Shown: one piece after another, positions 15,738 to 23,519 of the stretch
Position numbering within the stretch: the stretch's first letter is position 1
How the letters are laid out: each line of letters begins with the position of its first letter
Source of the DNA: a virus
Length of the DNA stretch: 49,265 bases
IMG/VR virus record: IMGVR_UViG_3300045988_047456
Strand: one strand, 5' to 3'
Notes under the pieces: model-generated
What the model was told of the DNA's origin: nothing
The model's input: only the letters and a program-made list of their open reading frames with translations
Databases searched by the model: none
Position numbers and translations under genes: made by a program

Positions 15738-15884
15738 TAGCACGCCCTCCTTTGAGTGAGATTTATATGAAACAGAGCACCAGGCGGTGCCCGTATTTCC
15801 AGAACTTACCAGTATATCCGCGGTATGTACTAAAGGTATAATGTTTGTCGGCCCAGTCGCTCCGGCCAGAAAAGGGGGAGTCGT

Positions 15885-16004
15885 ATGAGCAAAAAATACA
15901 TTTTCTTAGATCGGCAAGACATATATGCGATTTACTATCGGAGCAATCACACTATTTATTATAACCTTAATGCACAAAGGGCACAGATAATTCTAATACG
16001 ATAA
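15885..16004 (+). CDS. possible 39-aa Tyr-rich peptide (doubtful)
   Basis: RBS GGGGGAG plus ATG 15885 gives 'MSKKYIFLDRQDIYAIYYRSNHTIYYNLNAQRAQIILIR'. TATAAT lies at 15837..15842, and a hairpin with a T-run follows at 16019..16051. It is the only + strand unit between two reverse-strand units. Confidence 0.2.
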   Translation: MSKKYIFLDRQDIYAIYYRSNHTIYYNLNAQRAQIILIR

Positions 16005-16018
16005 AGGGCCAAACATGA

Positions 16019-16051
16019 GGGACTGGGTTGTTTTACCCAAGTCCCCCTTTT
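16019..16051. terminator. hairpin overlapping the repressor stop codon (possible bidirectional terminator)
   Basis: GGGACTGGGT (16019..16028) pairs with ACCCAAGTCCC (16035..16045) with one bulge. It is followed by CCTTTT on the + strand. Confidence 0.4.
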
Positions 16052-16494
16052 GTGTCCTCGTTTTTAAGAGGCGGGAACTTCTGCTCAAGTTCTTCCGGCG
16101 TATCAGGGACATCTGAATAATCCCCTGCGGATTCCTGCATAGAAGCAACAACATCCTTCATGAACTCCAGGATCGCATTTCGGGTGTCTGCTTTCAGACT
16201 GACATATTTTTCAATCAGCATCTGATCAGCAGCAGTCAATTTATATTTTTTCGCCAAGGCTTCCAGCTCGTTGTCCGGATCCGGAACACGCATATCGCCA
16301 ATTCCATCTCGAAGCCATTCTTCGTTCACTCCAAATTCCCTGCATATAAGAGAGATCACAGGAGCTGACGGATTTCTTCGTCCGCTTTCATAACCGGTAA
16401 TTGTATTCTGTACAGATCCAATTCTGGAAGCGAAAGCCTCCTGCGTCAGATCAAATTCTCGACGAATCTTTTTAATTCGATCTCCAATCGTCAT
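16033..16494 (-). CDS. CI-like repressor, XRE-family HTH
   Basis: ATG 16494 is preceded by AGGAGG at an 8-nt spacing (the track starts at GTG 16503). 'IKKIRREFDLTQEAFASRIGSVQNTITGYESGRRNPS' is an HTH_XRE motif. It is divergent from the early operon. Confidence 0.85.
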   Translation of the reverse strand: MTIGDRIKKIRREFDLTQEAFASRIGSVQNTITGYESGRRNPSAPVISLICREFGVNEEWLRDGIGDMRVPDPDNELEALAKKYKLTAADQMLIEKYVSLKADTRNAILEFMKDVVASMQESAGDYSDVPDTPEELEQKFPPLKNEDTKGGLG

Positions 16495-16517
16495 TTTTTT
16501 CACCTCCTATGGCTTGA

Positions 16518-16546
16518 ATTATAAAGCATAAATACCGCATTGTCAA
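16518..16546 (-). promoter_or_regulatory. consensus sigma-70-type promoter for the repressor gene
   Basis: On the reverse strand: TTGACA (16546..16541), a 17-nt spacer, then TATAAT (16523..16518). Confidence 0.65.
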
Positions 16547-16625
16547 CAAAAAACCGCGGTGGCAACAAAAAAGTGTTGACAAACACGCTTGCGTCAACAT
16601 ATAATAACGGCATAGACAACAAACA
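16540..16625. promoter_or_regulatory. operator-like repeats in the switch region
   Basis: Five copies of G(T/G/A)CAACA: 16542..16553 and 16561..16572 (a 12-mer GNCAACAAAAAA direct repeat), the inverted pair TGTTGAC (16574..16580) and GTCAACA (16593..16599), and GACAACAAA (16615..16623). They overlap both promoters. Confidence 0.55.
16576..16605 (+). promoter_or_regulatory. early rightward promoter
   Basis: TTGACA (16576..16581), an 18-nt spacer, then TATAAT (16600..16605), upstream of the ATG 16654 gene. Confidence 0.65.
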
Positions 16626-16653
16626 CAACGCACCAACGAAAGGAGGAACCAAG

Positions 16654-16821
16654 ATGGCAGAGAGAAGATACACGACAGAGCAGCTCGAAAGCGCTGAAAC
16701 CATCATGAAGATGCTGGCGGCGGTGCCAAAAGAAAAACGAGCTGAAGTGGTGAAAGCCACGAACATCTTCATGGCCGGCATGGAAGCTCAGAGAGCAATC
16801 GACGAACCGGCCATGGCCTAA
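16654..16821 (+). CDS. small early protein at the cro position (no clear HTH)
   Basis: 55 aa from ATG 16654 with RBS AAAGGAGG. The track ORF 16540.. starts at a TTG inside the operator region. Confidence 0.5.
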   Translation: MAERRYTTEQLESAETIMKMLAAVPKEKRAEVVKATNIFMAGMEAQRAIDEPAMA

Positions 16822-17238
16822 AACTAAATAGAGAGCTGAGGGACGCGGGACCTCATTAAAAACCCAGGTATGGTGGAGCCGACGCAGATAAATCCACTCG
16901 GCGGGAAATCCAATGCCTGCGGAGAGCCGTCGTAATAGGGGTGGAAAGCGCAGACCCTAGTAAAAAAATCCCGGCTTGGAGGCAGATGAGAACACCAGAG
17001 AGAGAACATCCGGAGCATGGACTGGTGGGTGCGATTTAACCCCGGATGGCTGACCTGAAACGATCAGCACTGCAGGCAACGGCTATACGGCTACCCCACA
17101 CAATACTCAGGGAGCATAAGCAGACAGGTTCTTCAATCGCCTTGGAGAACCTGTCACAGACTACCGGACCCAGCCAAGCCTAGAGAGCATAATAAAACCC
17201 TTCCGGTAAGTCAAGTACATTCAGAAAGGATGGTAACT
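16822..17238 (+). other. 417-bp ORF-free region (candidate structured RNA or regulatory element)
   Basis: Frequent stops in all three + frames, and the only long reverse-strand ORF has no RBS. Contains a perfect 10-bp hairpin, GACAGGTTCT (17123..17132) with AGAACCTGTC (17146..17155), and several shorter helices. Confidence 0.35.
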
Positions 17239-17373
17239 ATGAACATAAAGATGGAGGTGCAGTACACAGATGGGTATGAGAAACGATTCACAGAATCCAT
17301 GCTTAGACAGATATCTAAGAGGGATGGAACAGAGAGAGAGGAACAGGAAACGCCGCAGAAACGCTCGGCTTAA
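17239..17373 (+). CDS. possible 44-aa ORF (alternative to the 5' part of 17270..17584)
   Basis: RBS AAAGGA lies 8 nt upstream of ATG 17239. Product 'MNIKMEVQYTDGYEKRFTESMLRQISKRDGTEREEQETPQKRSA'. It overlaps the next ORF in another frame. Confidence 0.25.
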   Translation: MNIKMEVQYTDGYEKRFTESMLRQISKRDGTEREEQETPQKRSA

Positions 17374-17584
17374 GAAACTCCTGAAGGAAGCGGCCATCTG
17401 CATAGGTGCAGCAGTTCTGACAGCAGGGGGACTCCTGTACATGATCTTAAACGATCCATACGAAGCTCCGGCAGCTCCCATCGAAAGAACCTACTGGAAT
17501 GGACAGCAGTATACCCAGGAGAAATACGACGCGATGATGAGTGAAAGAGCAGAGTATCTGCAGCAGGAGGGTATCCAGAAATGA
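17270..17584 (+). CDS. hypothetical membrane-anchored protein
   Basis: 104 aa with an Arg-rich N-terminus followed by the TM segment 'AAICIGAAVLTAGGLLYMIL'. GGAGGT lies 11 nt upstream. Confidence 0.4.
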   Translation: MGMRNDSQNPCLDRYLRGMEQRERNRKRRRNARLKKLLKEAAICIGAAVLTAGGLLYMILNDPYEAPAAPIERTYWNGQQYTQEKYDAMMSERAEYLQQEGIQK

Positions 17585-17961
17585 AGATGGCACTGACAGA
17601 CGGAATGGTCCGGATCATTGAAGCCGATGCCATTCAAAAGACGATCATCAAAAGCTGGAACCAGATGCGATGGATCAGAGGACAGCAGATGTATGAAGGA
17701 ATCGCCAGCGCTGAACTTTTGAACAAGCTGGCCACCCTCGTACATCTTCCTCCATCCATCGAAGCGGAACGAATCCGCATGAATACGGTTCAGGAGGCGG
17801 TAGATCAGGAACGAACCCGGGAACATCCGGAACCCCTGTATAAATACCCAGTAACCAAGAACCTCTATGAACACCAGGTAAGAGCAGCCAACATGGCACT
17901 TATGACCTTTGGATTCATTGAGACCACGAAGAAGGAGGACCCTATCAATGGTAAAGATTGA
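17581..17961 (+). CDS. hypothetical protein
   Basis: 126 aa with an ATGA start/stop overlap with the upstream gene. Confidence 0.5.
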   Translation: MKMALTDGMVRIIEADAIQKTIIKSWNQMRWIRGQQMYEGIASAELLNKLATLVHLPPSIEAERIRMNTVQEAVDQERTREHPEPLYKYPVTKNLYEHQVRAANMALMTFGFIETTKKEDPINGKD

Positions 17962-18172
17962 GCCGAGGAAGCCAACAGACAGAGGCGGCTGGCTATGTAT
18001 GCCACGCTTAGAGAATTGTCCAGATGGAAAACCCGGATGGAAGAAAATCCATTGTCCGATTTGCGGAGACTACTGCTGGGAGAGACCTGAAGACGCAGGA
18101 GTTATTTATCACAGCAACCTGGAGGGAGCATGTTGTACCTTGTGTGCTCTGAAGAAAGGAGCTGCCCAATGA
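17948..18172 (+). CDS. hypothetical zinc-ribbon protein
   Basis: 74 aa from ATG 17948 (RBS AAGGAGG). Contains 'CPICGDYC...CCTLC'. Confidence 0.5.
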   Translation: MVKIEPRKPTDRGGWLCMPRLENCPDGKPGWKKIHCPICGDYCWERPEDAGVIYHSNLEGACCTLCALKKGAAQ

Positions 18173-18176
18173 ACAA

Positions 18177-18410
18177 ATGTCACTCGGAATTTACTTCGAG
18201 ATAACGGATGCAGAGCTCTATGGCGGTAAAGATTCAATCGGATACGCTGCCACAATCGTAGGGATTACAGCAAATGCTTTACAGAAAATGGACTTTGCTA
18301 AATATGCCGACAGACAAAGAGAAGCGGCAGCAGGCATGTGCAAGGTTCCACTGGAGAATGTAAGAATCATATCAAGAGAAGAGTACGAAGAGGCTGAGGA
18401 CGAATGTTGA
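18177..18410 (+). CDS. hypothetical protein
   Basis: 77-aa ORF in the early operon. Confidence 0.45.
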   Translation: MSLGIYFEITDAELYGGKDSIGYAATIVGITANALQKMDFAKYADRQREAAAGMCKVPLENVRIISREEYEEAEDEC

Positions 18411-19009
18411 AAAAAGTAATTGATATTTTAAAGTTCGTTATCAACAAATATGAACTGAAACATCCGGAATATGCGAAACCCGTTTTTATATGTCCAAATA
18501 TCAAGACAAGAAATGAGCATAAGAATGATAAATACAAGATTCCGGAAGATCAGCCGCAATGTCCTGTTTACAAGGATAACAGGTGCTGTGGAGGCTGTAG
18601 CTTTGCCGCGACGTGTGATCACTGTGTAGAGTGCCACTGTTTTGGATTTACATATGCTCAGATGGGAGGAACCGACAAAGGATATTACCTGCATAAAGCG
18701 TCTAATTATTACGAATTAGGAAGGCTCAAAGACGATGGAAAATTTGACTGGGACTATTACAAAGTAAATGCAAGGAAGTCTGAAATTCAAAAAGGCAAGT
18801 TTGTCTATATAAGAGGGCGAATTTACATGATCAATAGTCCCGTCAATAAGCATGGAAAATTCTCGGTAATCAGTTGTGAAACCAACAAACATAGGAGATT
18901 CAGACTCAGAGACATTGAGGGTGCATCGATTTATGACAATTTTGAAACAGCAAAGTTGTGGGAAGAACTTATGGAGGTCAAGAATGAGGATTCAGATAGA
19001 AGTACCTGA
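18404..19009 (+). CDS. hypothetical Cys-rich protein
   Basis: 201 aa in an AT-richer segment. Contains the cluster 'CCGGCSFAATCDHCVECHC'. Confidence 0.5.
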   Translation: MLKKVIDILKFVINKYELKHPEYAKPVFICPNIKTRNEHKNDKYKIPEDQPQCPVYKDNRCCGGCSFAATCDHCVECHCFGFTYAQMGGTDKGYYLHKASNYYELGRLKDDGKFDWDYYKVNARKSEIQKGKFVYIRGRIYMINSPVNKHGKFSVISCETNKHRRFRLRDIEGASIYDNFETAKLWEELMEVKNEDSDRST

Positions 19010-19214
19010 AGAATTTGAAGAAGACTATCGAAAAGATAGATTCAGAGATTTCTTTGAAAGAGTAAGAACAGACATCGACTGCAGAGGACTCTGCGGGAAT
19101 TATGAAAGAGAAACCGCAGGAATGTTTATAGATGCGTTTCAGGATTCACGATGCGTGGACTATGAAAGAACTCATCGACGCGCAGAGCCAACGAAAGAAA
19201 GAGGGCTTAGATAA
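18984..19214 (+). CDS. hypothetical protein
   Basis: 76 aa from ATG 18984 (RBS GGAGG). The track ORF starts at 18876 inside the previous gene. Confidence 0.45.
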   Translation: MRIQIEVPEEFEEDYRKDRFRDFFERVRTDIDCRGLCGNYERETAGMFIDAFQDSRCVDYERTHRRAEPTKERGLR

Positions 19215-20125
19215 TGAAGACAACAGAGAAGCCAAGAGCTGAACCCAGATCAAAGAAGAACTGGACAAAGGAAGAAGAATGCTACCTCATGGATAAATGG
19301 GGAACCGTATCTATTCCGAGCCTGGCTAAGAATCTCGGCCGAAGTGTCGATGCAGTGATATGCAGGAGGCAGAAGCTGGGGTGCGGACCTCACCTGGAAA
19401 GTGATCACAGAGTATCTTTAAACCAGTTAATGCTGGCACTATACGGCGGATGCGAGATGGGAACATACACAACTAACCGCCTGGTACGAGAAGGCCTGCC
19501 AATCCACTGGCATAGAACGAAGACCGATCGCTTCAGAGTAGTAGATATGGAGGAATTCTGGAAATGGGCCGAGCAGAATCGAATGATTCTGGATTTCTCC
19601 CGATTTGAAGAATTTTCCCTGGGAAAAGAACCTGTCTGGGTCAAAGAAAAGCGCAAGGCAGACTTCGAAAGAAATCAGCAGGTTGGGAGACATAATACAG
19701 CCTGGACAAAGTCAGAAGACGAGAAGCTGAAACGTATGCTTTCAAGACATCAATACGGATACAGAGAACTAGCCAAAGAGCTCCGGAAGACAGAAGGAGC
19801 AGTTAAGCGCCGCATTATTGATCTTCAGATTAAAGATCGTCCTGTCAAAAGTAAAAACCGTATGTGGACAGAGCCTGAGATAGAGATTCTTTGCGACATG
19901 GTTGAAAAAGGATATTCATGGGAACAAATCGCAGAGAAGCTGGACAGATCGGCGCTGGCCACCAGGGGAAAGTATGAACGGCTTATGAACCCGGCATACA
20001 TGAAAAGATATTACAGAGGGAATGACACTGAATATCAAGACATCTACAGCATGAAACCTTCAGAGGTCCTGGCAAGACACAAGGTGATGCAGGATGTGAA
20101 ATTCAGCGAAGCCCCCCCCCGATGA
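19214..20125 (+). CDS. DNA-binding protein with three Myb/SANT-like repeats
   Basis: 303 aa with three repeats of the W-T-x2-E...L pattern ('NWTKEEECYLMDKW', 'TAWTKSEDEKLKRML', 'RMWTEPEIEILCDMV'). It ends just after a C9 run. Confidence 0.5.
   Translation: MKTTEKPRAEPRSKKNWTKEEECYLMDKWGTVSIPSLAKNLGRSVDAVICRRQKLGCGPHLESDHRVSLNQLMLALYGGCEMGTYTTNRLVREGLPIHWHRTKTDRFRVVDMEEFWKWAEQNRMILDFSRFEEFSLGKEPVWVKEKRKADFERNQQVGRHNTAWTKSEDEKLKRMLSRHQYGYRELAKELRKTEGAVKRRIIDLQIKDRPVKSKNRMWTEPEIEILCDMVEKGYSWEQIAEKLDRSALATRGKYERLMNPAYMKRYYRGNDTEYQDIYSMKPSEVLARHKVMQDVKFSEAPPR
20112..20120 (+). repeat. C9 homopolymer in the last codons of the Myb-like gene
   Basis: GCCCCCCCCCGATGA, read directly. It encodes ..APPR*. 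Confidence 0.9.
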
Positions 20126-20157
20126 CACAATTATAACAAAGATTCAAGGAGAAATAA

Positions 20158-21516
20158 ATGCAGAACGTAAACAAAGGCTTCGGCCTGCTATTTGAGATGG
20201 GCTGCGGAAAAACGCTGACAGCGATCGCGATCGCCGGCGCCGGATATCAGATGGGGAAAGTCGAACGCCTCCTGATCGTAGCGCCGACCTCTGTCGTGGC
20301 AGTGTGGCCAAAGGAGCTGCAGGAATATGCGAAATTTAAATACACCTGTAAAACACTCTTGGGAGAAAAGAAGCAGCGCATAAAGCAGATCGATGACCTT
20401 CTGAAATTTCCATTCAAGGCTCTAAAGGTCGCGGTGATCAACTATGAGTCAACCTGGCGGCCAGAGATCCTGGAGAAACTCAAAGAGTTCGATGCGGACA
20501 TGGTGATCGCAGATGAGAGCCAGCGTATCAAAACATACGATGCAGCACAGAGCAAGGCCATGCATGAGCTGGGAGATCAGGCCAGATATAAACTGATCTT
20601 ATCCGGAACTCCAGTCCAGACTGCAGCTATTGACATCTGGTCACAGTACCGCTTCCTGGACAAAACCGTATTCGGAGATAACTTCTTCAAGTTCCGCGGC
20701 CGGTACGCTATCATGGGCGGCTATGGAAACAAGAAGATCGTCGGATACAAGGACCTGGAAGGCCTGATCAAGAAAGAACACAGCATCGCCTTCAGAGTTA
20801 CCAAAGACGAGGCTCTGGACCTTCCGGAGCAGACGTTCGAGACAAGGAAGATACAGTTTAGCCAGAAAGAAAAGAACCTGTACGAGAGAATTAAAAAGGA
20901 CAGCTACGCAGAGCTGGACGGAGGCGGCCACATTACCGCGACCACAGTCCTGACAAGGCTGCTCCGCCTGCAGCAGTTGGCCGGAGGGTTCCTGGTTCAG
21001 GATGACGCGCAGAAGCCGCAGCTGGTAAGTAGAGCCAAGCTGGATGCCCTGGGCGATATCATCGAGGACTATGTGATCGGATCCGGAAAGAAGCTGGTGA
21101 TCTTCGCAAGGTTCATCGCAGAGGTAAAAGCAATCATGGAGCTGGCCGACAAGGTCCTGCCGAAAGAACTGAAGCAGGTGGCCATCTACGGTGATATTAA
21201 GAAGGAAGACCGAGGCGACATTGTGAAGCAGTTCCAGGAGGACCCGAAAACAGTTCTCTTTATCGGACAGATTGACACTGCCGGTACCGGAATCACGCTG
21301 ACAGCTGCAGATACCTGCGTCTATTACAGCAAGAACTTCAACTACGCAACGTACAGCCAGAGCCTCTCCCGTATCCACAGAATCGGCCAGAGGAACTGCT
21401 GCACATACATAGACCTGGAGATCGAAGGAACCATCGACGAGCTGATCAGCAAAGCACTGAGCCGCAAAGAGGACATGGCCAAGACGGTCGTAGATAACTG
21501 GAGGGATTTCTTTTAA
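20158..21516 (+). CDS. SNF2-family helicase
   Basis: 452 aa. Motifs: 'EMGCGKT' (Walker A), 'VIADESQRIK' (motif II), 'TAGTGITLTAADTCVYY', 'QSLSRIHRIGQ' (motif VI). Confidence 0.85.
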   Translation: MQNVNKGFGLLFEMGCGKTLTAIAIAGAGYQMGKVERLLIVAPTSVVAVWPKELQEYAKFKYTCKTLLGEKKQRIKQIDDLLKFPFKALKVAVINYESTWRPEILEKLKEFDADMVIADESQRIKTYDAAQSKAMHELGDQARYKLILSGTPVQTAAIDIWSQYRFLDKTVFGDNFFKFRGRYAIMGGYGNKKIVGYKDLEGLIKKEHSIAFRVTKDEALDLPEQTFETRKIQFSQKEKNLYERIKKDSYAELDGGGHITATTVLTRLLRLQQLAGGFLVQDDAQKPQLVSRAKLDALGDIIEDYVIGSGKKLVIFARFIAEVKAIMELADKVLPKELKQVAIYGDIKKEDRGDIVKQFQEDPKTVLFIGQIDTAGTGITLTAADTCVYYSKNFNYATYSQSLSRIHRIGQRNCCTYIDLEIEGTIDELISKALSRKEDMAKTVVDNWRDFF

Positions 21517-22082
21517 TGAATAATGACAAATTACGGCAAGCAGGCGAAAAGTTCAGAGAAGCCGCAGGTCTCATGTGTGAATGGTTGTCAGATCAGTTTG
21601 AGGCGATAACCGATGTATTTAATAACATGGCAAAAGCGGGGATATCCACGAACGACGCCTTAGATGCATTACTGACCGCACATCGAGCGGCCAGTAGGAT
21701 CCGGGAAGATCCGGAAGGGAAAAGCAATAACTGGCTTAAGATGCATGGATATCCAATGAGAAGGGAGGTCGCGGGAAGACATGGAAGAAGGAAAGAACAT
21801 ATCTGCAGAAACGGTTCAGGAAACTGTCCAGAAGATAATGGACTCAGTAAAAATAAATACCAAGAGCCAGGATGCGCTCCTGAAATTGAACCAGAAGTAC
21901 ATAACTGCGAGGGCGAAGATTTACCTGCTCAAAGAGTTGGAACTGATCGGAGCGGAGACGTGTCTGAAGCTCCTCGACAGCCTCAACTCGCAGTATGTGA
22001 CACTGGCCCTGGAAATCAGAACATAAGGAGGAACCAGAATGGCAGAAGGTATTCTGGCGGCTGGCCATCACGCAAGAGATAG
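21516..22082 (+). CDS. hypothetical protein; only the N-terminal ~85 aa look protein-like
   Basis: TAATG overlap with the helicase stop. After '..NNWLKMHGYPMRR' the frame becomes R/G/N-rich and fully overlaps ORF 21781..22026. Confidence 0.35.
   Translation: MNNDKLRQAGEKFREAAGLMCEWLSDQFEAITDVFNNMAKAGISTNDALDALLTAHRAASRIREDPEGKSNNWLKMHGYPMRREVAGRHGRRKEHICRNGSGNCPEDNGLSKNKYQEPGCAPEIEPEVHNCEGEDLPAQRVGTDRSGDVSEAPRQPQLAVCDTGPGNQNIRRNQNGRRYSGGWPSRKR
21781..22026 (+). CDS. hypothetical helical protein
   Basis: 81 aa with amphipathic helix-like sequence. GGGAGG lies 12 nt upstream. It is followed by coupled small ORFs in compatible spacing. Confidence 0.45.
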   Translation: MEEGKNISAETVQETVQKIMDSVKINTKSQDALLKLNQKYITARAKIYLLKELELIGAETCLKLLDSLNSQYVTLALEIRT

Positions 22083-22107
22083 AACTCACAGGAGGGAGAG
22101 AAAATGA
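22039..22107 (+). CDS. possible 22-aa coupling/leader ORF
   Basis: AGGAGG plus ATG 22039. Its stop overlaps ATG 22104 (ATGA). Confidence 0.2.
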   Translation: MAEGILAAGHHARDRTHRRERK

Positions 22108-22265
22108 AACTGAATGACGTATATACGAAGTCCCTGAAAGATGTTGTGGAACAGATGAACCTTACAGACATGAAAGTCCATACGGATGACGCCGGGGACG
22201 TGAAATCCATAGAACTGAAGTACGAGCCAGACGGGCAAAATGAGCTCGGCAGACAGAGAAGTTAA
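22104..22265 (+). CDS. hypothetical 53-aa protein
   Basis: RBS GGAGGGAGAG. Product 'MKLNDVYTKSLKDVVEQMNLTDMKVHTDDAGDVKSIELKYEPDGQNELGRQRS'. Below the track cut-off. Confidence 0.35.
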   Translation: MKLNDVYTKSLKDVVEQMNLTDMKVHTDDAGDVKSIELKYEPDGQNELGRQRS

Positions 22266-22284
22266 GAAAGAGAGGACAAGAACA

Positions 22285-22734
22285 ATGGCACTTATTGACA
22301 TGGTAAACAGTTACCAGGAACTCCTGGAAAAAAAGGAATCCCTGGCAGAAGAAACCAAAGATAACAACGCGAAGATCGAGGCGTTAAAGCAGGAGATCGC
22401 GCAGCAGATGATCGATGACGACTGCCCGCGAATCGCAGCGGGGGATTACATGTTCAGCCTTCAGATCAAGAGTAAGTATTCAAAGAGATCAGAGGAATAC
22501 CTGGCAGCCAATGGCCTGGATTTCTTCGAGGTCTTGAGAGAACAGGGCTTTGCTGATCTGATCAAAGAGACAGTCAATGCCGGTTCCCTTCAGAGCGCTA
22601 TGAATGCCCTGGTAGAAGAGAACGGCGAGCTTCCGGAAGAGCTGGCAGAGGTAATCAGTCAGTTTGACCAGACGGACATCTTAAGAAGAAAGCAGACAAG
22701 CAGCGCACTGAAGAAAGCAAAAGGAGGAAAATAA
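22285..22734 (+). CDS. hypothetical coiled-coil protein (possibly Gp157-like)
   Basis: 149 aa from ATG 22285. An N-terminal coil is followed by 'DYMFSLQIKSKYS'. The family call is from memory and weak. Confidence 0.4.
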   Translation: MALIDMVNSYQELLEKKESLAEETKDNNAKIEALKQEIAQQMIDDDCPRIAAGDYMFSLQIKSKYSKRSEEYLAANGLDFFEVLREQGFADLIKETVNAGSLQSAMNALVEENGELPEELAEVISQFDQTDILRRKQTSSALKKAKGGK

Positions 22735-22735
22735 A

Positions 22736-23212
22736 ATGGGATACGAACAGATGGAACTCGATGTAACTCTGACCTGCGACAGAGAGTTAAAAGACAACGT
22801 AGGCCTGGCCGTAGAGTTTGCGTGCCGCCAGATAGCTGCACAGAATCAGAAGGTTGTAGAAAGTAACCACGAAGGATATGGAATCGCAGCAGAGGGCAAA
22901 GTAGCCCTGGATTCCGCAATGAAGAAAGTCAGCGACGACATGAAGCTCTTTCTCCGTATCCTTCCGGCAGGCAGCAGCGAAGCGATCAGCGCAGCCAGCA
23001 GTCTGAAGAACTCAGCTATCGAGGCGGCCTTCGAGGCAGTGAAACTGGCAGCCAATGCGGACAAGATCATGAACGATCTGTACAAGGTAGCGCAGAGCGA
23101 GACCACCCCGATGGAAGAGTACCTGGGAGACCAGGATGGAGAGTTTGAGGAAGCCGAAGATCAGGATCCGGAAGATGCCGAAGAGATGCAGGAGAATAAC
23201 GAAGATGAATAA
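22736..23212 (+). CDS. hypothetical protein with acidic C-terminus
   Basis: 158-aa ORF with tight spacing to its neighbours. Confidence 0.5.
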   Translation: MGYEQMELDVTLTCDRELKDNVGLAVEFACRQIAAQNQKVVESNHEGYGIAAEGKVALDSAMKKVSDDMKLFLRILPAGSSEAISAASSLKNSAIEAAFEAVKLAANADKIMNDLYKVAQSETTPMEEYLGDQDGEFEEAEDQDPEDAEEMQENNEDE

Positions 23213-23519
23213 AGAAAGCGTAAAGATTAATATCACCTGTGCTGGTGGAAGAGTTGAAGAAGTGGAGAGCGATGCCATATACGGATGCGCGGTGACAGAA
23301 GACAATGAAAAAGGCGGAATTGCCTGCCGCAGCTTCTTCACTGGCCGTTTTAATCCGGTGAGAATGGGAGTCCCGATGGGAAGTAGCGTCGCTCTGGTCA
23401 CAAAAGAGATGTGTGAAGGAAACACAGAACTCGAATACATTGTCCTCAACCAGGCAATCGGCGTACTTGCGACAAGATTAGAAGAAATCACAGGAGGAAA
23501 TAGCCATGGCGGGAATTAA
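23205..23519 (+). CDS. hypothetical protein
   Basis: 104 aa from ATG 23205 (ATGAATAA overlap with the upstream stop). Confidence 0.5.
   Translation: MNKESVKINITCAGGRVEEVESDAIYGCAVTEDNEKGGIACRSFFTGRFNPVRMGVPMGSSVALVTKEMCEGNTELEYIVLNQAIGVLATRLEEITGGNSHGGN

Noticed and set aside
16980-17000. Hammerhead-like CAGATGAG core within the ORF-free region.
   Set aside because: It differs from the invariant CUGAUGA at a catalytic position, and no matching GAAA/stem III arrangement was found.
14939-17190. Shared short words between distant sites: CTAGAGAGCAT (14939 and 17180), AACTGTGCTATA (14918 and 32667), TAGAGAGC (16829 and 17180). These were considered as att-like or target-site duplications.
   Set aside because: Dozens of 11-12-nt matches are expected by chance in a 49-kb sequence. 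No extended flanking similarity or inverted-repeat ends suggest a mobile insert.
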